Shown here one piece after another: positions 1-8,818 of a stretch of 64,000 nucleotides of DNA; position 1 is the first letter of the stretch; each line of letters starts with the position of its first letter. The stretch is taken from positions 4,652-68,651 of the forward strand of contig CALZOZ010000001.1 in NCBI GenBank assembly GCA_945828095.1, given 5' to 3'. Made by a program: the position numbers and the translations under genes. Under the pieces are notes generated by a model, which had not been told where the DNA came from, did no database searches, and saw only the letters and a program-made list of their open reading frames with translations. This DNA is from an uncultured Clostridia bacterium. GTDB taxonomy: Bacteria; Bacillota; Clostridia; Peptostreptococcales; Anaerovoracaceae.

Positions 1-1
1 A

Positions 2-829
2 GGAAAGGCACATAAGATCAAGGCTTATGAAATACCTGAGGCAACAAGAACCGCCAAGGGAACTCCTGTTGTCAACTTCCTCAGCTTAATGCAGAGAGAG
101 CGTGTAACAGCAGTAATTCCAATCAAGGAATTTGCAGATGATAAGTATCTTATCGCTGTGACCAAGGACGGTATCATAAAGAAGACTGCCCTTTCCAACT
201 TTGATACCAACAGAAAGACGGGACTTATCGCCATGAACCTGAAGGAAGGCGATGAGCTCATCGGAATCAAGCAGACTACAGGCACTAACAACGTAATCAT
301 CGTAACCAAGCAGGGTAAATGCATCTGCTTCTCCGAAGACGATGTACGTCCGATGGGAAGAATCGCCGGCGGTGTAAGAGCAATCAAGCTTGACAAGGAT
401 GATGAAGTTGTGGCTATGGAATTGGTTGAGCCTAATCAGGAACTTCTGGTTGTAACCAAGAAGGGCTTCGGTAAGAGAACCAAGGCCTCCGATTACAAGA
501 TTCAGGTAAGAGGCGGCAAGGGACTTCTAACCTATGACAAGGCTAAATTCAAGAAGACCGGAGAACTGGTAGGAGCCATGGTTGTTGATGAAGAAGATGA
601 TGTGCTGCTTATAAACTCCAGCGGCGTAATTATCAGAATTCCGGCCAAGGAGATTTCAAAGCTCGGACGAGCCACTCAGGGCGTCAAGATAATGAATGTT
701 GGCGAGGATGTAAACATCATCGCTCTGGCAAAGGTTATCAAGGAAGACGAGCTTGAGGCCGAAGGCGATGGCGAAAAAGATGAAAAAGCTTTACAGGAAG
801 ATGATGGTCAGGAGCAGATGAAACTCTGA
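2..829 (+). CDS. gyrA: DNA gyrase subunit A, C-terminal domain (5' end lies outside the window)
   Basis: Frame is open from nt 2 (GKAHKIKAYEIPEATRTAKGTPVVNF...). Repeated beta-pinwheel blade signatures (VTKxG, GGVRAIKL, GGKGL) and an acidic tail. ORF-track 89..829 is the in-frame continuation. Confidence 0.9.
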   Translation, partial: GKAHKIKAYEIPEATRTAKGTPVVNFLSLMQRERVTAVIPIKEFADDKYLIAVTKDGIIKKTALSNFDTNRKTGLIAMNLKEGDELIGIKQTTGTNNVIIVTKQGKCICFSEDDVRPMGRIAGGVRAIKLDKDDEVVAMELVEPNQELLVVTKKGFGKRTKASDYKIQVRGGKGLLTYDKAKFKKTGELVGAMVVDEEDDVLLINSSGVIIRIPAKEISKLGRATQGVKIMNVGEDVNIIALAKVIKEDELEAEGDGEKDEKALQEDDGQEQMKL

Positions 830-855
830 AAATGAGGAAGGAAGTGTCATAAAAA

Positions 856-1257
856 ATGGCAGATAAAATTAAATTTATAATTCCGGGAAAACCCGAGTAT
901 TTAACTATGGTTAGACTGGCCATCGGCTCTGTAGCGGGAGTTGCAAATTTCAACCTGGATGAGATTGAAGACGTAAAAACCGCTGTAGGAGAAGCGTGCA
1001 AGAATATTTCATGCCATGGAAAGGATGGCTTTGCGGAGGAGTACACGTTAGAGTGTATATGTGAAGAAGGCTGTCTTGAAATTTACGTTACCGACACCAG
1101 TGCCGGACACAAGATAAAAAAGCTCTCAAAGATTTGTGCTGACTGCCCTAACGAAGGGGATTTAGGCATTTTCGTAATAAAATCGCTGATGAACGAAGTA
1201 GAGCTCATAAATAATCCGGAAGGGAATAAAACCATTAAGATGGTAAAGAGAAAATGA
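856..1257 (+). CDS. anti-sigma factor / serine protein kinase (SpoIIAB/RsbW-like GHKL)
   Basis: 133 aa. N-box-like EACKNISCHG and G-box-like GDLGIFVIKSLMNEV. Its 4-nt ATGA overlap with the downstream sigma gene indicates translational coupling. Confidence 0.7.
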   Translation: MADKIKFIIPGKPEYLTMVRLAIGSVAGVANFNLDEIEDVKTAVGEACKNISCHGKDGFAEEYTLECICEEGCLEIYVTDTSAGHKIKKLSKICADCPNEGDLGIFVIKSLMNEVELINNPEGNKTIKMVKRK

Positions 1258-1997
1258 CACCACAGGAAATACAGGATTTTAACGAGTACGCAGCCCACCC
1301 GACTACTGAACTCAGGAATAAAATCGTAGAGGAAAATCTCTACATTGTGGACATTTTAATAAGAAAATACCTGGGCAAGGGCGTTGACTACGATGACCTT
1401 TATCAAGTCGGCGCCATAGCCCTGGTTTCTGCTGTAGAAAGGTTTGATCCGAGCCGTGGATACGAGTTTCGGAGTTTTGCCACGCCTACAATTCTCGGAG
1501 AGATAAAAAAATATTTCCGTGACAAGGAATGGAGCCTTAAGGTGCCTCGCAGAATGAAAGAAATTGCGGGCAAAGTGCAGGAAGTCAAGGACAGACTTAC
1601 ATCTGAGCTTGGGAGAGTGCCCAGCGTAGACGAGGTTGCAGTTGAAACGGGCTTTACACCGGAGCAGATAATGCAGGCTATGGAAAGCGCAAAGGCATAT
1701 GGAACCTATTCACTGGAAAGCGCGGGACTTGGCACTGACGATGACGAGGCCGGAAGTGTTCTTGAGAAGTATATCGGTTTTGAGGATACAGGCTATGAGC
1801 GCGTGGAGCTCAGTGAGATTATAAATTCTGTTCTGTCAGGTTTAAGCGACACCTACAGGTATATTTTCAAGCAGAGATTTATAGAAAACAAGTCTCAGGC
1901 TGAAATCGCTCAGAAACTGGGGGTTTCACAGATGACCATTTCCAGATCTGAAAAGGCCATTGTGGAAAGTTTTAAGCGCGAGCTTAACAGACATTAG
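1254..1997 (+). CDS. RNA polymerase sigma factor, SigB/SigF/SigG subfamily
   Basis: Region 2 DDLYQVGAIALVSAVERFDPSRGYEFRSFATPTILGEIKKYFRD; region 4 HTH SQAEIAQKLGVSQMTISRSEK. Confidence 0.85.
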   Translation: MTPQEIQDFNEYAAHPTTELRNKIVEENLYIVDILIRKYLGKGVDYDDLYQVGAIALVSAVERFDPSRGYEFRSFATPTILGEIKKYFRDKEWSLKVPRRMKEIAGKVQEVKDRLTSELGRVPSVDEVAVETGFTPEQIMQAMESAKAYGTYSLESAGLGTDDDEAGSVLEKYIGFEDTGYERVELSEIINSVLSGLSDTYRYIFKQRFIENKSQAEIAQKLGVSQMTISRSEKAIVESFKRELNRH

Positions 1998-2042
1998 ATT
2001 TTATGCGTCTTAGGGCGCACCATATATGGAGGCAAAGAAAAA

Positions 2043-3026
2043 ATGAAAAGAGTATTTTCCGGCGTTCAGCCGACAGGGAACATACATTTAGGCAATTATC
2101 TGGGAGCCTTGAAGCAGTTTGTTGAGCTTCAGGATGACCATGAGTGCATCTACTGCATTGTAGATATGCATGCCATCACAGTTCCTCAGGATCCTAAAGA
2201 ACTGAGAGAGCATATTCTGGATGTGGCCGCACTTTATCTTGCGGTAGGCGTTGACCCTAAGAAGTCCATAGTCTTCGTGCAGTCCGATGTACCGGGACAT
2301 GCTGAACTTTCCTGGATTCTCACCTGCAACTCCTACACAGGGGAACTTTCCAGAATGACTCAGTTTAAGGATAAGAGTAAAAACAAAGAGTCGGCTCCGA
2401 CAGGACTTTTCTCATATCCTGTACTCATGGCTGCAGATATTCTCCTTTATGATACCGACATTGTACCGGTGGGAAATGACCAGAAGCAGCACATCGAGCT
2501 CTGCCGTGACATCGCTACAAGAATTAACAATAAATATAAAAAGACCTTCGTAGTGCCTGACGGAAGATTCCTTAAAGAAGGCGCACGTATCATGGCCCTT
2601 GACGATCCGACTAAGAAGATGAGCAAGAGTGCAGAAAACGTTCACTCACGAATTTCACTTCTGGATGAGCCTTCCAAGATTAAAAAATCCATCATGAAGG
2701 CCACCACAGATTCTGACGGCGTAGTAAAGTTTGACATGCAGAACAAGCCTGGCATCAGTAACCTGCTGAATATCTACAGCGTGCTTTCAGGCATGAGCAT
2801 TCCTGAGCTGGAGACCAAGTACGAAGGTAAGGGCTACGGCGATTTCAAAAAGGATCTTGTTGAGGTTGTTGTAGAAGCACTGGCACCTATTAAGGCAAGA
2901 TATGAGGAAATCAGACATTCCGATGAGCTTATCGAAATCCTTAAGGACGGAGCTCAGCGTGCAGACGCAATCGCACAGCAGACCATGAAGAGAGTAAAGG
3001 AAAACTTCGGACTGGGAATTGAATAA
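2043..3026 (+). CDS. trpS: tryptophan--tRNA ligase
   Basis: Class I aaRS motifs: GVQPTGNIHLGNYLG (HIGH-like) and KMSKS. 327 aa is typical for TrpS. Confidence 0.95.
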   Translation: MKRVFSGVQPTGNIHLGNYLGALKQFVELQDDHECIYCIVDMHAITVPQDPKELREHILDVAALYLAVGVDPKKSIVFVQSDVPGHAELSWILTCNSYTGELSRMTQFKDKSKNKESAPTGLFSYPVLMAADILLYDTDIVPVGNDQKQHIELCRDIATRINNKYKKTFVVPDGRFLKEGARIMALDDPTKKMSKSAENVHSRISLLDEPSKIKKSIMKATTDSDGVVKFDMQNKPGISNLLNIYSVLSGMSIPELETKYEGKGYGDFKKDLVEVVVEALAPIKARYEEIRHSDELIEILKDGAQRADAIAQQTMKRVKENFGLGIE

Positions 3027-3072
3027 AACATGATGAAAAAACTTTATATGAAATCCATATAAAATTTAAGAA

Positions 3073-3116
3073 CTCCACCATTTTTGCTGAAAAATGCAAA
3101 TTTGGTGGAGTTTTTG
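3073..3116 (+). terminator. rho-independent terminator after trpS
   Basis: Hairpin CTCCACCA-loop-TGGTGGAG followed by TTTTT. Confidence 0.6.
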
Positions 3117-3163
3117 GCCTTCTTTATGGATTCTGGATGTTGCAGCTAAAATTGTTGTGCTTC

Positions 3164-3189
3164 TAAAACGTTGAAATTTCAACGTTTTA
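3164..3189. repeat. 26-bp perfect palindrome TAAAACGTTGAAATTTCAACGTTTTA
   Basis: Read directly. It lies between the convergent trpS and radical-SAM genes. A 13-nt half-site AAACGTTGAAATT recurs at 46537..46549. Confidence 0.8.
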
Positions 3190-3287
3190 CATTTTATTAC
3201 AAACACTTAGCCGGTCAACACCACCGAAATTTTCCACCAAAATCACATAAAACAGCAAAAATGGTGGGGTTTAAGTGTTTGCGCAAA

Positions 3288-3893
3288 CTACCTTACTCTG
3301 AATTTCACTCCCAGCTGTTCCTCGGCAATCTGTCTGCAGATTTCCACGTCTTCCTTCGGAATAGTTCCTCCAACCACAGACATAGTCACATCAGGTACAT
3401 AATGTTTAACGTCTTCAGTGAACTTCAGAATGGCAGGCCAGGATTCAAGGCCGAACTTTGGATGGCATAGCGCATTGTATTTTTCTGCGCTGGCTGCATT
3501 GAGGCTGATAGAAATGGCATCCACCAGATCTTCAAGTTCCGGTGCTGTTTCCCGTCCGTGGAGAAGGTCAGACAGACCGTTGGTATTGATTCTTGTTTTA
3601 AGATTAGTGGTCTCCTTAATATATCTGCACAGATACAGCACGTCATCGAGTCTTTCCATGGGCTCTCCGTAACCGCAGAAAACCAGTTCTGTGTATTTTG
3701 AGAGATCCCATTCTTTCAGCAATTCTTTTACTTCGTCAACTGCAGGCTCACGCTTCAGCCACAGACTGTCCGCATCTCCAAGAGAATCTACCATAGTCCG
3801 GATGCAGAACTCACATCTGCAGGGACAGCGGTTTGTAAGATTAGCATACAGCCCGCTGGCATAATCATAAAGTACATCTCCGATATATTCCAT
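3288..3893 (-). CDS. radical SAM protein (TatD-associated type)
   Basis: N-terminal CPCRCEFC contains a CxxxCxxC 4Fe-4S/SAM motif. About 200 aa, with a GYGEP motif. Confidence 0.75.
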   Translation of the reverse strand: MEYIGDVLYDYASGLYANLTNRCPCRCEFCIRTMVDSLGDADSLWLKREPAVDEVKELLKEWDLSKYTELVFCGYGEPMERLDDVLYLCRYIKETTNLKTRINTNGLSDLLHGRETAPELEDLVDAISISLNAASAEKYNALCHPKFGLESWPAILKFTEDVKHYVPDVTMSVVGGTIPKEDVEICRQIAEEQLGVKFRVR

Positions 3894-4074
3894 TTAAAAC
3901 CCTTCTTTCTTAAGTTTCGGATTCTGCTTTACATCTATAAATATATTTTACCACACACCGGAATAAAATGAAATATAGAAAAAGTCGGAAATAAAACGGA
4001 AATTTTATTGCAACTAAAGAAATAATGTGGTAATATAATGGCAATATAGAACAAGTGTCGAAAGGAGTACTATC

Positions 4075-4884
4075 ATGACTGTCGCAGAAATGAAAGAACG
4101 TAAGACTCAGCTTGGCTATACCAATGAGATGATTTCAGAGCTTTCCGGAGTGCCTCTGAGTACTGTACAGAAGATATTTGCAGGTGTGACGGAGAAGCCC
4201 AGATATGAAACTCTTAAAGCCATTGAAAGCATACTGAATATAACTCCGGGGGGAGCCAGCAGAGTAGGCGAGGAGGCATTCTCCTATATGGCGAAAAAGC
4301 AGGGAGAGTACACGGTAGAGGATTATTTTAAGATACCTGACGAGAGGCGTGTGGAACTTATCGACGGGGTGATTTACGATATGACCGCACCATTCTCCGT
4401 GCATCAGATGATTCAGGGTGAAATATATTTTACAATTTCTACTTTCATAAAGAAAAACGGCGGCAAGTGTATAGCAGGAATTCCGCCTTTTGATGTACTC
4501 CTCAATGCTGGCCGCCACGACGAAAACAGAACAATGGTTCAGCCTGATGTTATTGTGGTATGCGACCGGAGAAAGGTGACAAGAGCCAGAATTGAGGGTG
4601 CTCCTGATTTCGTGGTTGAAATCCTGTCACCGTCAACTAAGAAGAAGGACGCTTTTATCAAGCTCCATAAGTATGAGGACGCAGGGGTTCGGGAGTACTG
4701 GATGGTTGATCCTGATAAAAAGAAGATTATAATATATGTATTTGACCGTGAAGAGGATGATATTTACCCGACCATTTACGGTTTCAGCGACAAGGTGCCG
4801 GTAGCCATATTTGACAACAAGTGCGAAGTGGATTTTGCCGAAATATATGAGGGGATAAAGTTTCTGTACGAGGATGAGGAATAA
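4075..4884 (+). CDS. XRE-type HTH domain fused to a Uma2 (DUF820) restriction-endonuclease-like domain
   Basis: N-terminus LGYTNEMISELSGVPLSTVQKIF (HTH). C-terminus PDFVVEILSPSTKKKDAFIKLHKY, typical of Uma2 PD-(D/E)xK proteins. Confidence 0.7.
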   Translation: MTVAEMKERKTQLGYTNEMISELSGVPLSTVQKIFAGVTEKPRYETLKAIESILNITPGGASRVGEEAFSYMAKKQGEYTVEDYFKIPDERRVELIDGVIYDMTAPFSVHQMIQGEIYFTISTFIKKNGGKCIAGIPPFDVLLNAGRHDENRTMVQPDVIVVCDRRKVTRARIEGAPDFVVEILSPSTKKKDAFIKLHKYEDAGVREYWMVDPDKKKIIIYVFDREEDDIYPTIYGFSDKVPVAIFDNKCEVDFAEIYEGIKFLYEDEE

Positions 4885-4945
4885 CAAAAAAGCTGTACGT
4901 TCCAGAGTTCGCAACTCGAAGAGCATACAGCATTTGTTTTATTGT

Positions 4946-5704
4946 TTATTCGGTTTTAGAATATTTTCCTGCCAGAATGTCTTCTAAGCCGCCGCGTACA
5001 ATGTCCTCCACTTTTTTAGGAAGCTCAGCAAGCTCCTGGCGGGATAAACCGGCAGTTTCGATGGCTGGATGAACCATAAAGTCGATGTGAGCACCTTTGG
5101 TCATTACCCCATGTTCCTCGAAGGTCTTGTATCCACCGTCTATAGTGACAGGTACGATAGGAACCCGTGCTTTAGTAGCAAGCTTAAAGCTTCCCGGTTT
5201 GAATTCTCCCATCTGTGAAGAACGGCTGCGGGTACCCTCAGGAAAGATTACCAGAGAAAAGCCCTGCTTAAGATATCCTACGCCTTCATTAATTGTTTGC
5301 AGAGAAGCTCTGGCATCACCTCTGTGGATGCAGATGCCACGTGTTTTCAGAATCCAGCCTCCGAAAACAGGAATTTTACCAAGGGCATCCTTCGCAATGA
5401 AACTTACCTGATGGTTTCTGATTACATAGAAAAAAGTCAGGATATCCGCATATGACTGATGATTGCAGATATAAACAACAGGTCCTGAAAGCGGCATATT
5501 TTCCGGGTTGATTACGTTAACATCAGCCTCAAAATACTTCACAACTTTGGAACCCCATTCATTGGTAGCCTTGATAATTTCCTCTCTCTCCCTGTCAAAA
5601 TCCCCGGCAGCTTTAGCAGCATCGATGGTCTTGCGATATCTTCCTACAGATAAAACTGCGCCGGCTATGGCATTAAAACCTGCTATATTATCAATTAATT
5701 TCAA
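4946..5704 (-). CDS. plsC: 1-acyl-sn-glycerol-3-phosphate acyltransferase
   Basis: NHQSYADIL (HX4D) and FPEGTRS motifs. Start moved to TTG at 5704, which has a GGAGG 8 nt upstream (5713..5717 on the complement). The ORF-track ATG at 5767 has no RBS. Confidence 0.8.
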   Translation of the reverse strand: MKLIDNIAGFNAIAGAVLSVGRYRKTIDAAKAAGDFDREREEIIKATNEWGSKVVKYFEADVNVINPENMPLSGPVVYICNHQSYADILTFFYVIRNHQVSFIAKDALGKIPVFGGWILKTRGICIHRGDARASLQTINEGVGYLKQGFSLVIFPEGTRSRSSQMGEFKPGSFKLATKARVPIVPVTIDGGYKTFEEHGVMTKGAHIDFMVHPAIETAGLSRQELAELPKKVEDIVRGGLEDILAGKYSKTE

Positions 5705-5815
5705 ATCTAGTTCCTCCAAATTATTTATCCAAGAGCATTGTACCACAAAACAGGTGGTGTTTTCCACAGGAAAAGTGTATAATATCCTAAAAGAACAGAG
5801 AAAAGGAGAATTAAG

Positions 5816-6469
5816 GTGGAAAAAAATATGATTTCAAGGAAAGGCAGAAGGTGTATGATCGGGCTGGCTGCCGTGCTTGCGGTGCTTGCAGCATATATAA
5901 CCTATCAGGTAGGAGTCGTCTACCAGACAGACCCGCTGCCCCTGGATCTGGCAGTGCAGAAGGCGTTTTTCTCACTAAGAGGACCCCTTCTCAATCCCCT
6001 GGTGATTGCGGTTACTCATCTGTCGGATACGGTAACTATCGTAGCATTCTGTGCCATACTCCTCATACTGCCTAATCGGAAAAAATATGGATTGCCTGTT
6101 TCTCTTGCGTCTTTGGGAGGCCTGGTAATTTACAAGCCCATGAAACATATTTTCCTCAGGGCAAGGCCGGATGCAGCACTTCATCTGGTAAAGCAGGGAG
6201 GCTTTTCTTTTCCGAGCGGCCACTCTGTTACATCGGTGATTTTTTATGGTGTTCTCATTTATCTTTTGAACAGACACTGCAAAAATGATAAGCTGAGAAA
6301 AGTACTTACAGTAATTTGCGGCTTTTTGGCTTTGACTATAGGGCCGAGCAGGATTTATGTGGGAGTCCACTGGCCTACAGATGTTTTGGCAGGATGGTGC
6401 ATAGGAGGTGCCGTTCTGATGGTTTCAATATGCATATTAGAAAGGATTTACTATGGGCCTGACCGTTAA
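5816..6469 (+). CDS. PAP2-family phosphatase (membrane)
   Basis: KxxxxxxRP, PSGHS and SRIYVGVHWPTD acid-phosphatase motifs; several TM segments. Confidence 0.8.
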   Translation: MEKNMISRKGRRCMIGLAAVLAVLAAYITYQVGVVYQTDPLPLDLAVQKAFFSLRGPLLNPLVIAVTHLSDTVTIVAFCAILLILPNRKKYGLPVSLASLGGLVIYKPMKHIFLRARPDAALHLVKQGGFSFPSGHSVTSVIFYGVLIYLLNRHCKNDKLRKVLTVICGFLALTIGPSRIYVGVHWPTDVLAGWCIGGAVLMVSICILERIYYGPDR

Positions 6470-7622
6470 AGACTTATTCGATATAGAGATATTTAAGAAT
6501 TTTAAGCTTATAGCTGGGGAAAAAGGATTGAACAGGCCTATAACCGCTACGGAGATTTTGGACTTTGAATTTGTTCAAGGTGCTGAAGGCATGAGCCGTG
6601 ACAAGGTGTTTGAGGGAAAAAGTATAATCCTGTCGAGTTTACTCTTTGCCAAGGATGATCCTGCGATTATTACTGATGCGGTTAAAAGACTGAATGAACT
6701 TAACATAAGCTGTCTGGCATACAAGCCGGTTTTCATAAAGGAGATGCCGAAGGAAGCTATTGAGTACGCTAATCGGCATAATTTTCCCATACTTGAATTT
6801 GGGGGAGATGAATTCTTTGAGGACATAATCGTTGCTGTAAAGACGGAGATAGGCGCAGGAACTGATATGGCCGAAATAGAGCTCAAGCTTGAGAGCATTA
6901 TCGACGGCGATCTTTCAGCCAAGGAAACAGCTAGATTTGCCAGAAGACTTAATCCGGAATTCAGACGATATATCCGGGTAGTAGGAATTCTGGACAGAAA
7001 TCTGACAGCGGAAATGGCCGGCACCTTTATAAAAAGATTTTCCTCGGTAGAAAAACTGCGGAGAAAAGCGGCACTGACCCGGTTTCGTGATGGCTGCTTT
7101 ATTTTCCTGAGTCAGGAAACAGATGAGACAAGCAGATTTGACGCTATGCTAAGCGATATATATTCCGTTCTGGGCATAGAGGCAAAAAGCCTTAGAATAG
7201 GCTACAGCTCCATAAGGCGGGTTGATTTTGAGTTCGGCAAGGCGGTGAAGGAGGCATTTTGGTCCTGCATTGTTGCTGACCTTGAGGAAGTTGATCATAA
7301 AAATTACGAGGACCTGGGAATTTACCGCTTTATAGTGCCGGAAATAAATTCCCATAGCATGAAGGAGTATATGGAAGAGTACCTGACCCCTCTTCTGGAA
7401 GATGAAGGGGAGCTGCTCAGGACAGCCAAGACATATGTGCTTACAGGCGGCGAACTGGAGGAGACTGCCCAAAGACTTTATTGCCATAAAAATACGGTAA
7501 GATATCGCCTGGCCAGAATGCAGGAAATGCTGGATCCCCACAGCACTGAAAAGGAATTCTTTGAGAATCTGGCACTGGCAATAAGGATATACATGCTCAT
7601 GAAATATAAGGAAAACGATTAA
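6453..7622 (+). CDS. PucR-family transcriptional regulator
   Basis: 389 aa. C-terminal PucR-type HTH (LEETAQRLYCHKNTVRYRLARMQEML). Confidence 0.8.
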   Translation: MGLTVKDLFDIEIFKNFKLIAGEKGLNRPITATEILDFEFVQGAEGMSRDKVFEGKSIILSSLLFAKDDPAIITDAVKRLNELNISCLAYKPVFIKEMPKEAIEYANRHNFPILEFGGDEFFEDIIVAVKTEIGAGTDMAEIELKLESIIDGDLSAKETARFARRLNPEFRRYIRVVGILDRNLTAEMAGTFIKRFSSVEKLRRKAALTRFRDGCFIFLSQETDETSRFDAMLSDIYSVLGIEAKSLRIGYSSIRRVDFEFGKAVKEAFWSCIVADLEEVDHKNYEDLGIYRFIVPEINSHSMKEYMEEYLTPLLEDEGELLRTAKTYVLTGGELEETAQRLYCHKNTVRYRLARMQEMLDPHSTEKEFFENLALAIRIYMLMKYKEND

Positions 7623-7772
7623 GAAATAAAAGGACGGTTTGTACGATATACAAAAACCGCCCTTATTTTTTGGACTAAAATCTAAAGACATCAGCCGTGC
7701 TGCCTGCTATAATCTAGTTAACAAGCCACACAAAACATTATACCCTTAAAAAGTTCATTAAGAGTTCATCGT

Positions 7773-8321
7773 TCAGCGGAGCACGGCGCCGGGGTTTCTA
7801 TCAAAGTATATACTCTTCGAGCTTATGCTCAGAGGAATACCGTAAGCGATTCTCACATCGGGCGGCAGCATACCTGATTTCAGAGCGCCTTTCCCTGCTG
7901 AATACATAACTCGATTGTCGATTCGGTTATCTGCTGCAACAGAAACAGCGGAGCCAACGGCAATGCCAAGGTCGGTCACATTGAAAACACAATTTGTGCC
8001 GGCTTTTTTCATTTCTCCACAGTTTTTAAATCCGCACATGCTGCAGTTATCAAGGCCAAAAGGAGTGCTTTTGCAGCCTATGAGAACGACACAGATACTT
8101 CTGTCTACATTTCCCGCATCTCTTGTGATGAAATCTTCGTTATATTCCTTTCCCAGTTCCAGCATGGCATCTCTGAGAACATCCTTTTCTTCTCCGGAAA
8201 CCACCATTGCAACAACAGTATCGCGACCGCTCCCTTTTGGCGCTGATATTGCCGCTGATACCATAAGGTCAGCTACGTGCATAGCGGCATCTATTTCGCA
8301 TTTTTCCATAGTTTTTATCAT
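7773..8321 (-). CDS. DUF2148 ferredoxin-like domain protein
   Basis: SAPKGSGRD...CSMCGFKNCGE cysteine cluster, typical of DUF2148. Start set at MIKTMEK (8321). Confidence 0.65.
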   Translation of the reverse strand: MIKTMEKCEIDAAMHVADLMVSAAISAPKGSGRDTVVAMVVSGEEKDVLRDAMLELGKEYNEDFITRDAGNVDRSICVVLIGCKSTPFGLDNCSMCGFKNCGEMKKAGTNCVFNVTDLGIAVGSAVSVAADNRIDNRVMYSAGKGALKSGMLPPDVRIAYGIPLSISSKSIYFDRNPGAVLR

Positions 8322-8461
8322 TTTGCACCTCTTTACATAAATAGTTACATAATTATACCACATTATGCTCCGTTAGCAAACAACACATCTTTTCATAGTA
8401 ATCATAATAATCATAGTAAGTTCGCGAGATCCGCAGTCGGTTTGGCAGTACTGGAGGACGG

Positions 8462-8502
8462 ATGTTGGCATAAACAGATTTTTTTTTCAATATTGCCAAC
8501 AT
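8462..8502. promoter_or_regulatory. inverted repeat ATGTTGGCA-N23-TGCCAACAT (copy 1)
   Basis: Perfect 9-bp arms at 8462..8470 and 8494..8502. Confidence 0.4.
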
Positions 8503-8661
8503 ATTTTGGCCTTTGTAACCGTTTAAATAGCAAAATATTCTATAAATAATATAAATTAACAAGAAGAAAATTTACATATCTAGCAAAACATATATAAACT
8601 TACAGGAGAACTGTAATTAATTAAAAATAAGCCCATATAATTCCATAATGGGTTTTGAAAG

Positions 8662-8702
8662 ATGTTGGCATAAAGTGACTGCGAAAGTAAATTTGCCAAC
8701 AT
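8662..8702. promoter_or_regulatory. inverted repeat ATGTTGGCA-N23-TGCCAACAT (copy 2)
   Basis: Perfect 9-bp arms at 8662..8670 and 8694..8702, exactly 200 bp from copy 1. Confidence 0.4.
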
Positions 8703-8818
8703 CGCTATCGTTTGCTCTAGTTTATAGACTCAATTGCAGGATGCACCTCTTGCGCCTTTGGCAAAGATGATATATTATTATGTTTGAAATATTGTTCCAA
8801 AAAAATTGGGAGGAAAAA

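Noticed and set aside
1998-2042. Possible T-box leader upstream of trpS
   Set aside because: Only 45 nt separate the sigma-factor stop and the trpS start. That is far too short for a T-box riboswitch, and no specifier or T-box sequence was seen.
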